This document shows, piece after piece, positions 49,874-59,055 of a stretch of 59,055 bases of DNA (its first letter is position 1; every line of letters begins with the position of its first letter). A program made the position numbers and the translations under genes. This stretch comes from Alphaproteobacteria bacterium (lineage in GTDB: Bacteria > Pseudomonadota > Alphaproteobacteria > 16-39-46 > JAJRRM01). Where the stretch lies: the NCBI GenBank assembly GCA_024279475.1, contig JAJRRM010000033.1, positions 1-59,055 of the forward strand. Direction: 5' to 3'. The notes under the pieces were generated by a model. It was not told the DNA's origin and did no database searches. It saw nothing but the letters and a program-made list of their open reading frames with translations.

Positions 49874-50368
49874 CTAAGAAGCTAACACCTTATCAGAAGT
49901 TTTCTTAGTTTCTTTCTTTTTAGATTTTTTAGGAGATGCCTCTTCAGTAGATTTTTCTGTTTTAGAATCCTTAGAGACTTTATCCCCTTCGGTTTTATTT
50001 TTGACTTTTATTTTTCTATCTACAAACTCAATAATAGCCATTGGAGCATTATCACCATAGCGAAAACCAGCTTTCGTTATGCGAAGATAACCTCCCTGAC
50101 GATCTTTACAGCGAGGAGCAATATCTTCCACAAGTTTCTTTGCAGCTTCCTGAGAACACAAACGACTAATAAGTAGACGATAAGAATTTAACCCCCCCCT
50201 TTTTGCTAGCGTAATGTACTTCTCTAAAAGAGGACGTAAATCTTTTGCCTTAGGCAAAGTCGTTTTAATTTGCTCATGTTCCACCAAAGACGTTGCTAAA
50301 TTAGCAAACAACGCTCTACGGTGTGCTTTTGTACGGTTTAATTTTCTACCACTATTTAAATGACGCAT
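49874..50368 (-). CDS. rplQ: 50S ribosomal protein L17 with a K/S/E-rich C-terminal tail
   Basis: [37 protein letters not shown]. 164 aa. Confidence 0.95.
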   Translation of the reverse strand: MRHLNSGRKLNRTKAHRRALFANLATSLVEHEQIKTTLPKAKDLRPLLEKYITLAKRGGLNSYRLLISRLCSQEAAKKLVEDIAPRCKDRQGGYLRITKAGFRYGDNAPMAIIEFVDRKIKVKNKTEGDKVSKDSKTEKSTEEASPKKSKKKETKKTSDKVLAS

Positions 50369-50400
50369 GGGTCACAGCTCCTTAGCAATTCACTTTAAGT

Positions 50401-51417
50401 TTAAAAAGGTTCTTCAAAACGTTTGGAAAGTTCTTCGATATTTTCAGGAGGCCAAGTTGCCACTTCCATACCCAGAAATAAGCCAAGCTCTTCTAGAACA
50501 ACTTTGATTTCATTCAATGATTTACGACCAAAATTTGGCGTACGAAGGAGTTCACCTTCTGTTTTTTGTACTAAATCACCTATGTAAACAATATTCTCAT
50601 TTTTCAGACAGTTAGCAGAACGAACAGAAAGTTCAAGTTCTTCAACACGCCTCAAAAGATTTCTTATCAAAGTGTTCTCTTCTTCCTCTTCTTTTACTTC
50701 TTCTATCACTTCTGGTTCATCGAAGTTAATGAATGGCTGAAACTGATCTTGCAAAATTCTTGAAGCAAAGGCAATAGCATCTTCTGGTGTAACTGTTCCA
50801 TTTGTTTCAATGTTAAGCAAAAGCTTATCATAGTTTGTAATCTGGCCAACACGAGCATTTTCAACTTTATACATAACACGTGTTACTGGACTGAATAAAG
50901 AGTCTACAGCTATCTGACCAATTGGCTGATCTTCTTTGCGATTTTCATTCGCACTAACATATCCACGACCCGTCTCAACAATCATTTCCATGACTAGATG
51001 TGCTTTGCTATCTAGTGTACAAATCTTAAGATTTTTATTTGTTACTTCAACTGAAGATGAACATTCAATCATCCCTGCTGTTACATCACATGGCCCCTTA
51101 ATGTCCAATGTTATACGCTTCACACCTTCTTCATGGCAAACCAACGCTAGTTGTTTAATATTTAAAATAATTTCTGTAACGTCTTCCATAACTCCTGGAA
51201 TAGTAGAGAATTCATGCAGCACACCCTCAATTTTTATATTTGTTACTGCAGCCCCTTGTAAGGAAGATAAGAGAACACGACGCAACGCATTCCCAACTGT
51301 ATAGCCATAACCTTTCTCTAGTGGCTCTGCAACCATAGAGCCTTTAAATGTTTTTTCATCTTGATCAACCTTTATTTTATTTGGTTTGATCAATGCTTGC
51401 CAATTTTTCTGTATCAC
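50401..51417 (-). CDS. rpoA: DNA-directed RNA polymerase subunit alpha
   Basis: EPLE.G.G.T.GNALRR.LLSS and the C-terminal domain [13 protein letters not shown]. 338 aa. Confidence 0.95.
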   Translation of the reverse strand: MIQKNWQALIKPNKIKVDQDEKTFKGSMVAEPLEKGYGYTVGNALRRVLLSSLQGAAVTNIKIEGVLHEFSTIPGVMEDVTEIILNIKQLALVCHEEGVKRITLDIKGPCDVTAGMIECSSSVEVTNKNLKICTLDSKAHLVMEMIVETGRGYVSANENRKEDQPIGQIAVDSLFSPVTRVMYKVENARVGQITNYDKLLLNIETNGTVTPEDAIAFASRILQDQFQPFINFDEPEVIEEVKEEEEENTLIRNLLRRVEELELSVRSANCLKNENIVYIGDLVQKTEGELLRTPNFGRKSLNEIKVVLEELGLFLGMEVATWPPENIEELSKRFEEPF

Positions 51418-51476
51418 GGTTTAGATTCCTTCTTTAGCCAAATAGACTTACACATTATTTAAAACTACGCAGCCAA

Positions 51477-51869
51477 CTATACGCGGCGACGTTTTTTTGG
51501 ACGACAGCCATTATGTGGAATAGGAGTAACATCTTTTATAGAGGTTACAACTAAACCTGCCGCTTGCAGAGCGCGCAAAGCAGACTCACGACCCGTACCC
51601 GGACCAGATACTTCTACCCTAGCACTTTTAAAACCATGTTCCTGTGCTTTTTTTACAGCTTCACCAGCTGCAATTTGTGCAGCATATGGTGTCGATTTAC
51701 GAGATCCTTTAAATCCATTAGAACCTGCTGTCGACCAAGCAATAGCATTGCCCTGATCATCTGTAATCATAATCTTAGTATTATTAAACGTTGCACTTAT
51801 ATGCACAATACCTGTTGCAATATTCTTTCGATCACGACGACGGGTGCGAACTCTTGATTCCTTTGCCAT
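51477..51869 (-). CDS. rpsK: 30S ribosomal protein S11
   Basis: [36 protein letters not shown]. Confidence 0.95.
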   Translation of the reverse strand: MAKESRVRTRRRDRKNIATGIVHISATFNNTKIMITDDQGNAIAWSTAGSNGFKGSRKSTPYAAQIAAGEAVKKAQEHGFKSARVEVSGPGTGRESALRALQAAGLVVTSIKDVTPIPHNGCRPKKRRRV

Positions 51870-51884
51870 ATTTTTCTCTATTTC

Positions 51885-52256
51885 CTAGTTTGATTTCTTG
51901 CCAGCAATAGCTTTTGCAGGGCCTTTACGCGTACGTGCATTAGAAGATGTTCTTTGCCCACGAACAGGTAGGTTGCGACGATGTCTCAATCCACGATATG
52001 TTTTAAGGTCCATAAGGCGCTTAATATTCATTGCTGTATCGCGACGCAGCTCCCCTTCAACTTGATGATCTTCGTCAATAATTTCACGCAGCTTCCCCAC
52101 TTGGTCTTCACCCAGTTTTATTACACGTTCTGTAGCATCAATACCTGCTCTTTTACAAATTTTTCTAGCTGTCGTTAGCCCTATACCGTATATATACGTA
52201 AGAGAAACAGCAATCTGTTTATTCATTGGAATGTTAACACCAGCTATACGAGCCAC
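51885..52256 (-). CDS. rpsM: 30S ribosomal protein S13
   Basis: [11 protein letters not shown]....SLTYIYGIG...A..IC. Confidence 0.95.
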   Translation of the reverse strand: MARIAGVNIPMNKQIAVSLTYIYGIGLTTARKICKRAGIDATERVIKLGEDQVGKLREIIDEDHQVEGELRRDTAMNIKRLMDLKTYRGLRHRRNLPVRGQRTSSNARTRKGPAKAIAGKKSN

Positions 52257-52307
52257 GTTTATTCTCCTTTATATTATAGTCAAGCACACAAAGTGTGATG
52301 AACCTTT

Positions 52308-52988
52308 TTAACGCTGGTTTTCCTTCGCGTCAAGTTTTCTTATTGTATATTGAATATTTTTGTAAATATTTTTACGAACATCCCCTACGCTTTCCATCCC
52401 ATCAACATCAACTAAAACTCCTTTTTCTCTATAAAACATCAAAAGCGGCTTGGTTTTTTTTTCATAAAGCTCCATCCGTTTCATAAAAGTCTCAATTGTA
52501 TCATCTGCACGTTGAAAGATTTTTCCTCCACATTCGGGACAAGGGCTCCCCTCAATATTTGGATCAAGCTTTCTATTGAAAAGCATGCCACATTTTTTAC
52601 ACAGACAACGGTTAACAACACGTTCCTTCAAACTTTCAACTTCATAAGTAAAGTTGATAACAAGATTAATGTTTTTTCCTAAAGTAAAAAGCACTTCACC
52701 AAGAGCCTTTGCTTGTAACAAAGTCCGTGGAATACCATCATATAGTATACCTGGCGCTTTAGAATGTTTTTGCAAAAATCCTTTAACTATATCCATAATA
52801 AAAACATCTTCTGGAAAAGATCCCTCTTCCACAATATTCTTTATTTTATTTCCCAGGTCAGATCCTGAAGTAATCTCCTCTCTTAGAAGATCTCCTGTCG
52901 ACAACTGCACGTATTTTTCATTTGTTAAAAAATGAGCTTGTGTTCCTTTTCCTACACCTGGAGGCCCAAAAAGAATAATATTTAGCAT
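52308..52988 (-). CDS. adk: Adenylate kinase with a four-cysteine zinc lid
   Basis: ILFGPPGVGKGTQA P-loop. Lid motif CKKC-x16-CPEC. Confidence 0.9.
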   Translation of the reverse strand: MLNIILFGPPGVGKGTQAHFLTNEKYVQLSTGDLLREEITSGSDLGNKIKNIVEEGSFPEDVFIMDIVKGFLQKHSKAPGILYDGIPRTLLQAKALGEVLFTLGKNINLVINFTYEVESLKERVVNRCLCKKCGMLFNRKLDPNIEGSPCPECGGKIFQRADDTIETFMKRMELYEKKTKPLLMFYREKGVLVDVDGMESVGDVRKNIYKNIQYTIRKLDAKENQR

Positions 52989-54325
52989 TATTTTCTTTTA
53001 CCCTTACCTGAAGATTTTTTTAAAAGACCTTCATATTGATAAGCAACAAGATGTGAATGAACCTGTGCCACTGTATCCATAGTAACACCTACAACGATTA
53101 AAATACTTGTTCCCCCAAAATAGAATGGCAAGGGTCCAAAATATGCTTTTAAAAGTTCTGGCAAAATACAAATACCTACAAGATATGCAGCACCTACAAC
53201 AGTTAGTCGTGTCAGAACAAAATCAAAAAATGCCGCTGTTTTTTGTCCTGGGCGAATTCCCAAAATGAAGCCATTTGATTTTTTTAAGTTATCAGCAGTT
53301 TCCTCTGGATTGAAGACAATTGCTGTGTAAAAAAAGGCAAAAAAAGCAATTAGCAAAGAATAAATCGTTATAAAAGTCCAACTGCCTGGCACTAAGTATT
53401 GAGCTATATTACTATACCATTCAGTTCCATCATTCTTCAGCAAAGAACCCAATGTTGCTGGAAAACCTAGAAGAGATCCTGCAAAGATTGGCGGTATAAC
53501 ACCTGCACTATTTATTTTTAATGGTAGATGACTTTTTTCACCTGCATATAGCTTATTACCAACTTGTCGTTTAGGGTATTGCACTAGAACTCGACGTTGA
53601 GCCCTCTCCATAAAAACTATAAAAGCAATGGCTGCTATAATAATTATTGTAACAACTAAAATTGCAATTATAGATAAAGCTCCTGTACGACCAAATTCTA
53701 ATGTCCCAAGAATTGCCTGAGGTAAGTTAGCAACAATACCTGCGTAGATAATCAAGGAAATACCATTACCAATGCCTCGAGCTGTAATTTGCTCGCCCAG
53801 CCACATAAGAAAGATTGTAGAACAAGTAATAGTAACCACAGCAATTAAGCGAAATAACATACCTGGCATAACAACTGGAGAGTCTGGCATCATTTCCAAA
53901 GCTGCAGCTATTCCATAGGCTTGCACAGCAGCCAGTGCTACCGTTCCATAACGAGTATACTGATTAATGCGAACACGACCTTGACCACCTTCCTTCTTCA
54001 TAGCTTCTAAAGGCTTATATAGCGATGTCATTAGCTGCATAATAATGCTTGCTGTAATATACGGCATAATATTAAGAGCAAACACACTCATGCGACCGAG
54101 AGCTCCTCCACTTAGCATGTCGAACATACCCAGTAATCCGGAGCCATTATTTTTGACAAGGTTTGCCATTAATTGTGCGTCTATTCCTGGTAATGGCACG
54201 TAAGTCCCAAAACGATATACAATCAAAACGCCCAAGGTAAACCAAAGGCGTTTTTTCAAATCTTGGGCATTTGCAAATGACTTAAAACTAAAATTTGAAG
54301 CCAGCTGTTCTGCTATAGAGGCCAT
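52988..54325 (-). CDS. secY: Preprotein translocase subunit SecY
   Basis: 10 TM segments, GALGRMS.FALNIMPYITASII, and GIRPG..T. Its stop overlaps the adk start. Confidence 0.95.
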   Translation of the reverse strand: MASIAEQLASNFSFKSFANAQDLKKRLWFTLGVLIVYRFGTYVPLPGIDAQLMANLVKNNGSGLLGMFDMLSGGALGRMSVFALNIMPYITASIIMQLMTSLYKPLEAMKKEGGQGRVRINQYTRYGTVALAAVQAYGIAAALEMMPDSPVVMPGMLFRLIAVVTITCSTIFLMWLGEQITARGIGNGISLIIYAGIVANLPQAILGTLEFGRTGALSIIAILVVTIIIIAAIAFIVFMERAQRRVLVQYPKRQVGNKLYAGEKSHLPLKINSAGVIPPIFAGSLLGFPATLGSLLKNDGTEWYSNIAQYLVPGSWTFITIYSLLIAFFAFFYTAIVFNPEETADNLKKSNGFILGIRPGQKTAAFFDFVLTRLTVVGAAYLVGICILPELLKAYFGPLPFYFGGTSILIVVGVTMDTVAQVHSHLVAYQYEGLLKKSSGKGKRK

Positions 54326-54347
54326 AACCTATCCTTTTATATTGCTA

Positions 54348-54806
54348 TTACTTTAAAAGTTTTATAGAGCCTTTTATTTTCTCTATCTTGCCTTTAGCGC
54401 TTTCAGTTATATGATGTGCCTCCACAGTTAAGGTAGCTTTTATATCTCCAGAACCAAGAATACGTAGCTCTGTTGCATTTAAACGAGACTGGCCTAATTC
54501 TTGTAAAACTTGAAGATTGAGAACTTTCTTTCCATCTAATTTACCAACATCAATAAGAGATTGAATATCTTTTAAGTTTATAGTAGAAATTTTTTTCTTA
54601 TTTTTACGGCTATTAAAACCACGTTTTGGTAAGCGTTGGTAAAGTGGCATTTGACCACCTTCAAAACCATTAATAGAAACACCTGAACGAGCTTTCTGAC
54701 CCTTGACACCACGGCCACAAGTTTTACCCTTACCAGAACCAATACCTCTACCAACACGTGTACGGTTTTTTCTAGCACCAATATTATCACGAATAGAATT
54801 TAACAT
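54348..54806 (-). CDS. rplO: 50S ribosomal protein L15
   Basis: RVGRGIGSG.GKT.GRG.KGQK.RSG. and operon position. Confidence 0.95.
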   Translation of the reverse strand: MLNSIRDNIGARKNRTRVGRGIGSGKGKTCGRGVKGQKARSGVSINGFEGGQMPLYQRLPKRGFNSRKNKKKISTINLKDIQSLIDVGKLDGKKVLNLQVLQELGQSRLNATELRILGSGDIKATLTVEAHHITESAKGKIEKIKGSIKLLK

Positions 54807-54825
54807 TATAAGGCTACCTTTTTAC

Positions 54826-55008
54826 TTACGATACAATTTTAACCAAATGCTGCACACGAGTAATCATGCCACGAACAGATGATGTGTCCTCAAGCTCACG
54901 TACTTGATTTATTTTTGTTAAACCTAGCCCTTTTAAAGTAGCTGCCTGATACTTTTGGCGCCCTATAGAGCTTCTAATTTGCTTAACTTTAATTTTTTCG
55001 TTATCCAT
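54826..55008 (-). CDS. rpmD: 50S ribosomal protein L30
   Basis: [12 protein letters not shown]....ATLKGLGL pattern, 60 aa, operon position. Confidence 0.9.
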   Translation of the reverse strand: MDNEKIKVKQIRSSIGRQKYQAATLKGLGLTKINQVRELEDTSSVRGMITRVQHLVKIVS

Positions 55009-55027
55009 AGATTAACACTCTCAAATA

Positions 55028-55555
55028 TTATGCGTTGTTACGGTTTTTAGTGATTTCAGAAATCTTAATTCCTCGACGATTTGCCACTTCTTTTGGTGAT
55101 GAAATAGATTTCAATGCCTCAAATGTTGCCCTAATTAAATTATGAGGATTCGAGGAACGAACAGACTTTGTTACAACATCCTGAACACCTAAAGCCTCAA
55201 ATACAGCACGCATAGGACCGCCAGCGATAATACCCGTACCAGAAGGAGCAGAACGCAAAACAACAGACCCTGCACCAAAATTACCTTTTACATCATGATG
55301 TAGTGTGCGGCCTTGGCGAAGAGAAATACGAACCATTGAGCGCTTAGCTTGGTTTGTAGCTTTCTTTACAGCTTCGGGAACTTCACGTGCACGAGCATGT
55401 CCATGGCCTATACGTCCTCGACCATCTCCAACAACTACAAGAGCAGAGAAACCAAAACGCTTACCACCCTTTACAACTTTAGCCACACGGTTTACGTTAA
55501 CAAGTTTTTCTATGTATTCAGGTTCATTAGTACGTTCTTTTGTCATGCGAGCCAT
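55028..55555 (-). CDS. rpsE: 30S ribosomal protein S5
   Basis: [32 protein letters not shown]. Confidence 0.95.
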   Translation of the reverse strand: MARMTKERTNEPEYIEKLVNVNRVAKVVKGGKRFGFSALVVVGDGRGRIGHGHARAREVPEAVKKATNQAKRSMVRISLRQGRTLHHDVKGNFGAGSVVLRSAPSGTGIIAGGPMRAVFEALGVQDVVTKSVRSSNPHNLIRATFEALKSISSPKEVANRRGIKISEITKNRNNA

Positions 55556-55568
55556 TTATTATATTCCT

Positions 55569-55934
55569 TTAAAACTTTAATCCTTTGCTTCGAGCACCTT
55601 CAGCCAAAGCTTTTATACGACCATGGTACAAGAATTGCCCACGATCAAAAACAACATTCTTTACTCCTTTTTTTACAGCACGTTCAGCAATTAATTCACC
55701 GATTTTTTGTGCTGCCTCTCTAGAAGAAAGCATCTTATTTTTAGAGCGAAACTCTTTTTCTGTTGTAGAAGCAGAAACCATCGTGCATGAACTCTTATCA
55801 TCAATAACTTGTGCATAAATATGCTGATTAGACCTATAAATAGTCAAACGCATTTTTTCAGCAGAAGTTGCCTTAATGCGGCGGCGAACACGCAGTTTTC
55901 TCTTTTGAACAGAAGACAACTTAACACTAATCAT
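55569..55934 (-). CDS. rplR: 50S ribosomal protein L18
   Basis: [16 protein letters not shown] and FDRG...YHGR.KALA..AR. motifs. Confidence 0.95.
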   Translation of the reverse strand: MISVKLSSVQKRKLRVRRRIKATSAEKMRLTIYRSNQHIYAQVIDDKSSCTMVSASTTEKEFRSKNKMLSSREAAQKIGELIAERAVKKGVKNVVFDRGQFLYHGRIKALAEGARSKGLKF

Positions 55935-56464
55935 TTCTTTTTACCTTCTTTGCGACGTATAGTTTCAGTAGAATACTTAATACCCTTACCTTTATAAGGT
56001 TCTGGTAAACGTTTTGAACGAATTTCAGCAGAAATTTGTCCAACACGCTGCTTCGATATGCCTGTTACTGAAATGCTTGTTGGCTTCTCACACTTAATCT
56101 GAATATCCTCAGGAATAGGAAAAACAACATCATGGCTATAACCCAGCTGCATAACAAGGTTTTTACCCTTAATGCTTGCTCTATAACCAACACCATTGAT
56201 CTCTAAATCAATTTTAAATCCTTCACTAACACCTTCTATAGCATTTCTAAGCAAACGATTGTAAGTTCCCCACAATGATCGTGTTTTCTGATCATCTTTT
56301 TCAGGGATCAGTTCACAAATATCTTCTTTTTTCTCTAACCTAACAACTTTTGGTAATGTAAGAGTTTGCACACCATTCTTACCTTTTACAGTAAGTATCG
56401 ATCCTTGAGAATCAATATTTACACCCGCTGGCGTTTTTATTAACGACTTTCCAATGCGTGACAT
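55931..56464 (-). CDS. rplF: 50S ribosomal protein L6
   Basis: MSRIGK..I..P.GV and GVGYRA...G..L.L.LGYSH.V. Confidence 0.95.
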   Translation of the reverse strand: MSRIGKSLIKTPAGVNIDSQGSILTVKGKNGVQTLTLPKVVRLEKKEDICELIPEKDDQKTRSLWGTYNRLLRNAIEGVSEGFKIDLEINGVGYRASIKGKNLVMQLGYSHDVVFPIPEDIQIKCEKPTSISVTGISKQRVGQISAEIRSKRLPEPYKGKGIKYSTETIRRKEGKKK

Positions 56465-56488
56465 TTTACTAAGTCCCTACCTTTAATC

Positions 56489-56887
56489 CTAATATACGTA
56501 ACATAATACTTCTCCCCCCACATTGGCCTGACGAGCTTGTGCGTCTGTCATTAGCCCTTTTGACGTAGAAATAATAGCTACACCTAAACCACCCTTTACC
56601 TGAGGGAGATTCGTTGATTCCGTATAAACACGACGACCAGGACGTGTTACTTTTGAAATTTCAAAAATAGCTGGACGACCCTCATAATATTTCAACTTTA
56701 CATCAATAACAAATATATTTTCCTTAATCTGACGCTCAGAAAAACCTGTTATATAACCTTGTTCTTTAAAAATCTGCAACAAGCTTTTTTTAAGCTTGGA
56801 TGCAGGCACCTCTATTTTTTTCTTACCTACCATCAACGCATTACGAATACGTGTTAACATGTCTGCTATAGGATCTGACATTGACAT
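56489..56887 (-). CDS. rpsH: 30S ribosomal protein S8
   Basis: SDPIADMLTRIRNA and GG.G.AI.STSKG.MTD..AR...VGGEVLCYV. Confidence 0.95.
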   Translation of the reverse strand: MSMSDPIADMLTRIRNALMVGKKKIEVPASKLKKSLLQIFKEQGYITGFSERQIKENIFVIDVKLKYYEGRPAIFEISKVTRPGRRVYTESTNLPQVKGGLGVAIISTSKGLMTDAQARQANVGGEVLCYVY

Positions 56888-56899
56888 TTTAAATACCCT

Positions 56900-57205
56900 C
56901 TACCAACTAGCTTTTGTTAAGCCTGGAACCAAACCAAACGAACCCATTTCACGCAGCATATTACGGCAAAGCTTAAACTTGCGATAATATCCACGTGGAC
57001 GACCTGTAATCTCACAACGATTACGCAAACGAACCTTAGCACTATTGCGCGGCAACTCAGAAATTTTCAACTGCGCCTTAAAACGCTCCTCTAAAGGCAA
57101 CTCTTTATTATTTATTATTTCCTTAAGAGCTAAACGTTTAGCTGCATACTTGTCACAAAGACGTTGACGATTTTTATTTTTTTGAATTGAACTAGCTTTA
57201 GCCAT
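56900..57205 (-). CDS. rpsN: 30S ribosomal protein S14 (long form, no zinc cysteines)
   Basis: MAK.S.I.KN..R....KY...R..LK, LPRNS...R..NRC..TGRPRG.YRKF.L.R, and it ends with W. Confidence 0.95.
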   Translation of the reverse strand: MAKASSIQKNKNRQRLCDKYAAKRLALKEIINNKELPLEERFKAQLKISELPRNSAKVRLRNRCEITGRPRGYYRKFKLCRNMLREMGSFGLVPGLTKASW

Positions 57206-57222
57206 AAATAAATCCTTAATTT

Positions 57223-57762
57223 TTACTTAGCGAACGGTAAACCCATATCTTCTAATAGCGCCAATGCTTCTTCATTAGTGCGAGCAGATGTTTGTATAGA
57301 AATGTCCATTCCGCGAATTTGGTCAACTCTATCATAATCAATTTCCTGAAAAACTATTTGTTCCTTAATACCAAAATTATAGTTACCACGTCCATCAAAA
57401 CTTTTGGCAGATAACCCGCGAAAGTCACGAACTCTTGGAAGAGCAATGTTTGCTAAACGATCAAAAAACTCATACATACGATTAGAGCGCAAGGTAACCT
57501 TACAACCTAGCTTCATTTTTTCGCGAACCTTGAATCCTGCGATAGCATTGCGCGCTTTAGTAACTACTGGCTTCTGCCCTGCTATAAGCGTAAGATCTTC
57601 AACAGCACCCTTAATCTTTTTTTGATCACTAGCTGCTTCACCCACACCCATATTGATAACTACTTTCATCAATTTAGGCACTTCCATTTCATTTTTATAA
57701 GAAAATTTTTCTTTTAATTTGTGGAAGATCTCTTTTTTATATAATTCTCTAAGTCTTGGCAT
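57223..57762 (-). CDS. rplE: 50S ribosomal protein L5
   Basis: [12 protein letters not shown]. and NMGVGEA...KK. I chose the start at 57762, which avoids overlap with rplX. The ORF track start is 57783. Confidence 0.95.
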   Translation of the reverse strand: MPRLRELYKKEIFHKLKEKFSYKNEMEVPKLMKVVINMGVGEAASDQKKIKGAVEDLTLIAGQKPVVTKARNAIAGFKVREKMKLGCKVTLRSNRMYEFFDRLANIALPRVRDFRGLSAKSFDGRGNYNFGIKEQIVFQEIDYDRVDQIRGMDISIQTSARTNEEALALLEDMGLPFAK

Positions 57763-57772
57763 CTTTATATCT

Positions 57773-58093
57773 CTAATCTTCAATTATGTTCCCAGATTTC
57801 TTTGAAAAACGAGTTTTTTGTCCTTTTTCAACCTTATACCCAATTCTCGTAGCTACTTTCTTCTCTTCATCAAAGTAAGAAATATTTGAAACATGAATTG
57901 GTGTTTCTTCTTTTACAATTCCACCAGCTCCAGCAGGAGAGGGTTTTTTATGTGTAGTGCGCATATTAACACCCTCAACCAGCACCTTAGCTAATTTTGG
58001 CATAACCATTTTAACAACACCACTCTTTCCCTTATCTTTACCAGTAAGAACTATGATCTTGTCACCTTTTTTAATTCGAATTTTTCTTTGCAT
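57773..58093 (-). CDS. rplX: 50S ribosomal protein L24
   Basis: [20 protein letters not shown] motif, 106 aa. Confidence 0.95.
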   Translation of the reverse strand: MQRKIRIKKGDKIIVLTGKDKGKSGVVKMVMPKLAKVLVEGVNMRTTHKKPSPAGAGGIVKEETPIHVSNISYFDEEKKVATRIGYKVEKGQKTRFSKKSGNIIED

Positions 58094-58095
58094 AG

Positions 58096-58464
58096 TTACA
58101 AAACCTCAGGTGCTAGTGAAACAATTTTCATAAAACCTTTTCCACGCAACTCACGTGCAACAGGACCAAAAATACGTGTGCCAATCGGCTCATCTTGCTT
58201 GCTCAAAAGAACAACTGCATTCCCATCAAAACGAATAGCCGAGCCATCATCTCTTTTTAGACCTTTTCTAGATCTTACAATAACAGCTCGCATTACTTCA
58301 CCTGGACTCACACGACCACGAGGAATAGCACTTTTAATACTTACAACAATAACATCACCTATGTTAGCAGACATACGCTTAGATCCACCCAGAACCTTGA
58401 TGCACTGAACTTTTTTAGCGCCTGAATTGTCTGCTACACTCAGAACTGTTTGCATTTGAATCAT
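58096..58464 (-). CDS. rplN: 50S ribosomal protein L14
   Basis: [26 protein letters not shown]. 122 aa. Confidence 0.97.
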   Translation of the reverse strand: MIQMQTVLSVADNSGAKKVQCIKVLGGSKRMSANIGDVIVVSIKSAIPRGRVSPGEVMRAVIVRSRKGLKRDDGSAIRFDGNAVVLLSKQDEPIGTRIFGPVARELRGKGFMKIVSLAPEVL

Positions 58465-58497
58465 AATTTAGACCCTATTGTTTTTTGACTTCTCAAA

Positions 58498-58728
58498 CTA
58501 AACACCTAAAATTGCCCAACTTTTTGTTTTTGAAATTGGAGCCGTTTCAACTATTTTTACAGTATCACCCTCTTTATAAGCATTTTTCTCATCATGTGCA
58601 TGATATTTCTTATGAAACTTCACAAATTTTTTGTAAATAGGGTGACGTTCATATCTCTCAACAAGAACAGTAACACTCTTATCCCTTTTACTACTAACTA
58701 CTCTACCTTCTAAAATACGTCTTGGCAT
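58498..58728 (-). CDS. rpsQ: 30S ribosomal protein S17
   Basis: G.VVS.K.DKSV.V.VER...HP.YKK......KY.AHDE.N. 76 aa. Confidence 0.95.
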   Translation of the reverse strand: MPRRILEGRVVSSKRDKSVTVLVERYERHPIYKKFVKFHKKYHAHDEKNAYKEGDTVKIVETAPISKTKSWAILGV

Positions 58729-58737
58729 GTTTTTAAC

Positions 58738-58935
58738 CTATACTGACTTCATTTTTTGATTCATCATCGTTTTAACTCTTGCAACTTCTCGGCGCAATTT
58801 CCTAAACCTATCCGTTACTTCTAGCTGCCCCGTAGATTTTTGAAACCTAAGATTCATAAGCTCTTTCTTAATTTCTGCAGATTTGTTTTTTAGTTCCTTA
58901 AGATCTAAATCACGTAACTCTTGCATTTTTGCCAT
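58738..58935 (-). CDS. rpmC: 50S ribosomal protein L29
   Basis: [33 protein letters not shown] chose the start at 58935. The longer ORF-track start at 58983 would overlap the rplP 3' end. Confidence 0.9.
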   Translation of the reverse strand: MAKMQELRDLDLKELKNKSAEIKKELMNLRFQKSTGQLEVTDRFRKLRREVARVKTMMNQKMKSV

Positions 58936-58952
58936 TTTTTTATCCATCATTT

Positions 58953-59055
58953 CTAAATACCCAAACGCGAAACCAATTTGCATTTTATAGGCAACTTCTC
59001 TGAAGCAAGAGCCATAGCTTCTTCCGCAATATTACGACTCACACCATCAATCTCA
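58953..59055 (-). CDS. rplP: 50S ribosomal protein L16, C-terminal 33 codons only (gene runs off the right edge)
   Basis: Reverse complement reads [33 protein letters not shown]. This fits the L16 C-terminus (A..A..KLP.K...V) and the operon position upstream of rpmC. Confidence 0.8.
   Translation of the reverse strand, partial: EIDGVSRNIAEEAMALASEKLPIKCKLVSRLGI

Noticed and set aside
55305-55997. Several 60-124-aa plus-strand ORFs antisense to rpsE, rplR and rplF, with similar ones across the ribosomal operon and valS
   Set aside because: They are shadow ORFs opposite highly expressed, conserved genes, with no motifs and no start-site support.

Overview
Strongly AT-rich, tightly packed bacterial core-chromosome segment with about 70 protein genes and 3 tRNAs. 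No rRNA, CRISPR array, transposase, integrase, phage gene or recognisable defence or toxin-antitoxin module is visible. The gene content points to an alphaproteobacterium with a reduced, endosymbiont-style genome (Rickettsiales/Holosporales-like, by inference only). The supporting markers are a Rickettsia-type 17-kDa surface antigen, DUF1467, the pcm-like/tolC/PopZ(DUF2497)/valS neighbourhood, ffh-rpsP-rimM-trmD-rplS, and an spc/alpha ribosomal operon with no rpsD or rpmJ in the cluster. Left to right the window holds: the dnaK 5' end, trmL, hemF, uppP, an H+-pyrophosphatase, a metal ABC importer, tRNA-Asn, a class A PBP, two paralogous MFS transporters (one directly after tdk), tRNA-Leu, tig, tRNA-Asp, a bc1 operon with fused cytochrome b/c1, valS, a PopZ-like gene, tolC, a Lon-like protease, tsaC, gltA, an envelope block (hldE, ftsEX, gmhB, DUF218, plsC), the ffh-to-rplS operon, an ABC exporter, and rplQ back to rplP at the right edge. 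I did not find a convincing novel multi-gene system. The items most worth a second look are: (i) an ORF-free 408-bp spacer after tig carrying G11 and C5-A-G7 tracts; (ii) a 690-bp ORF-free convergent spacer after plsC; (iii) a very long PopZ-like protein; (iv) an orphan Lon-like protease with a degenerate P-loop heading the pcm/tolC/popZ/valS gene string; (v) a tdk-MFS pair that may be a thymidine salvage module; (vi) several unannotated mini-ORFs. All functional calls come from reading the translations by eye and from remembered family motifs. No database search was run.
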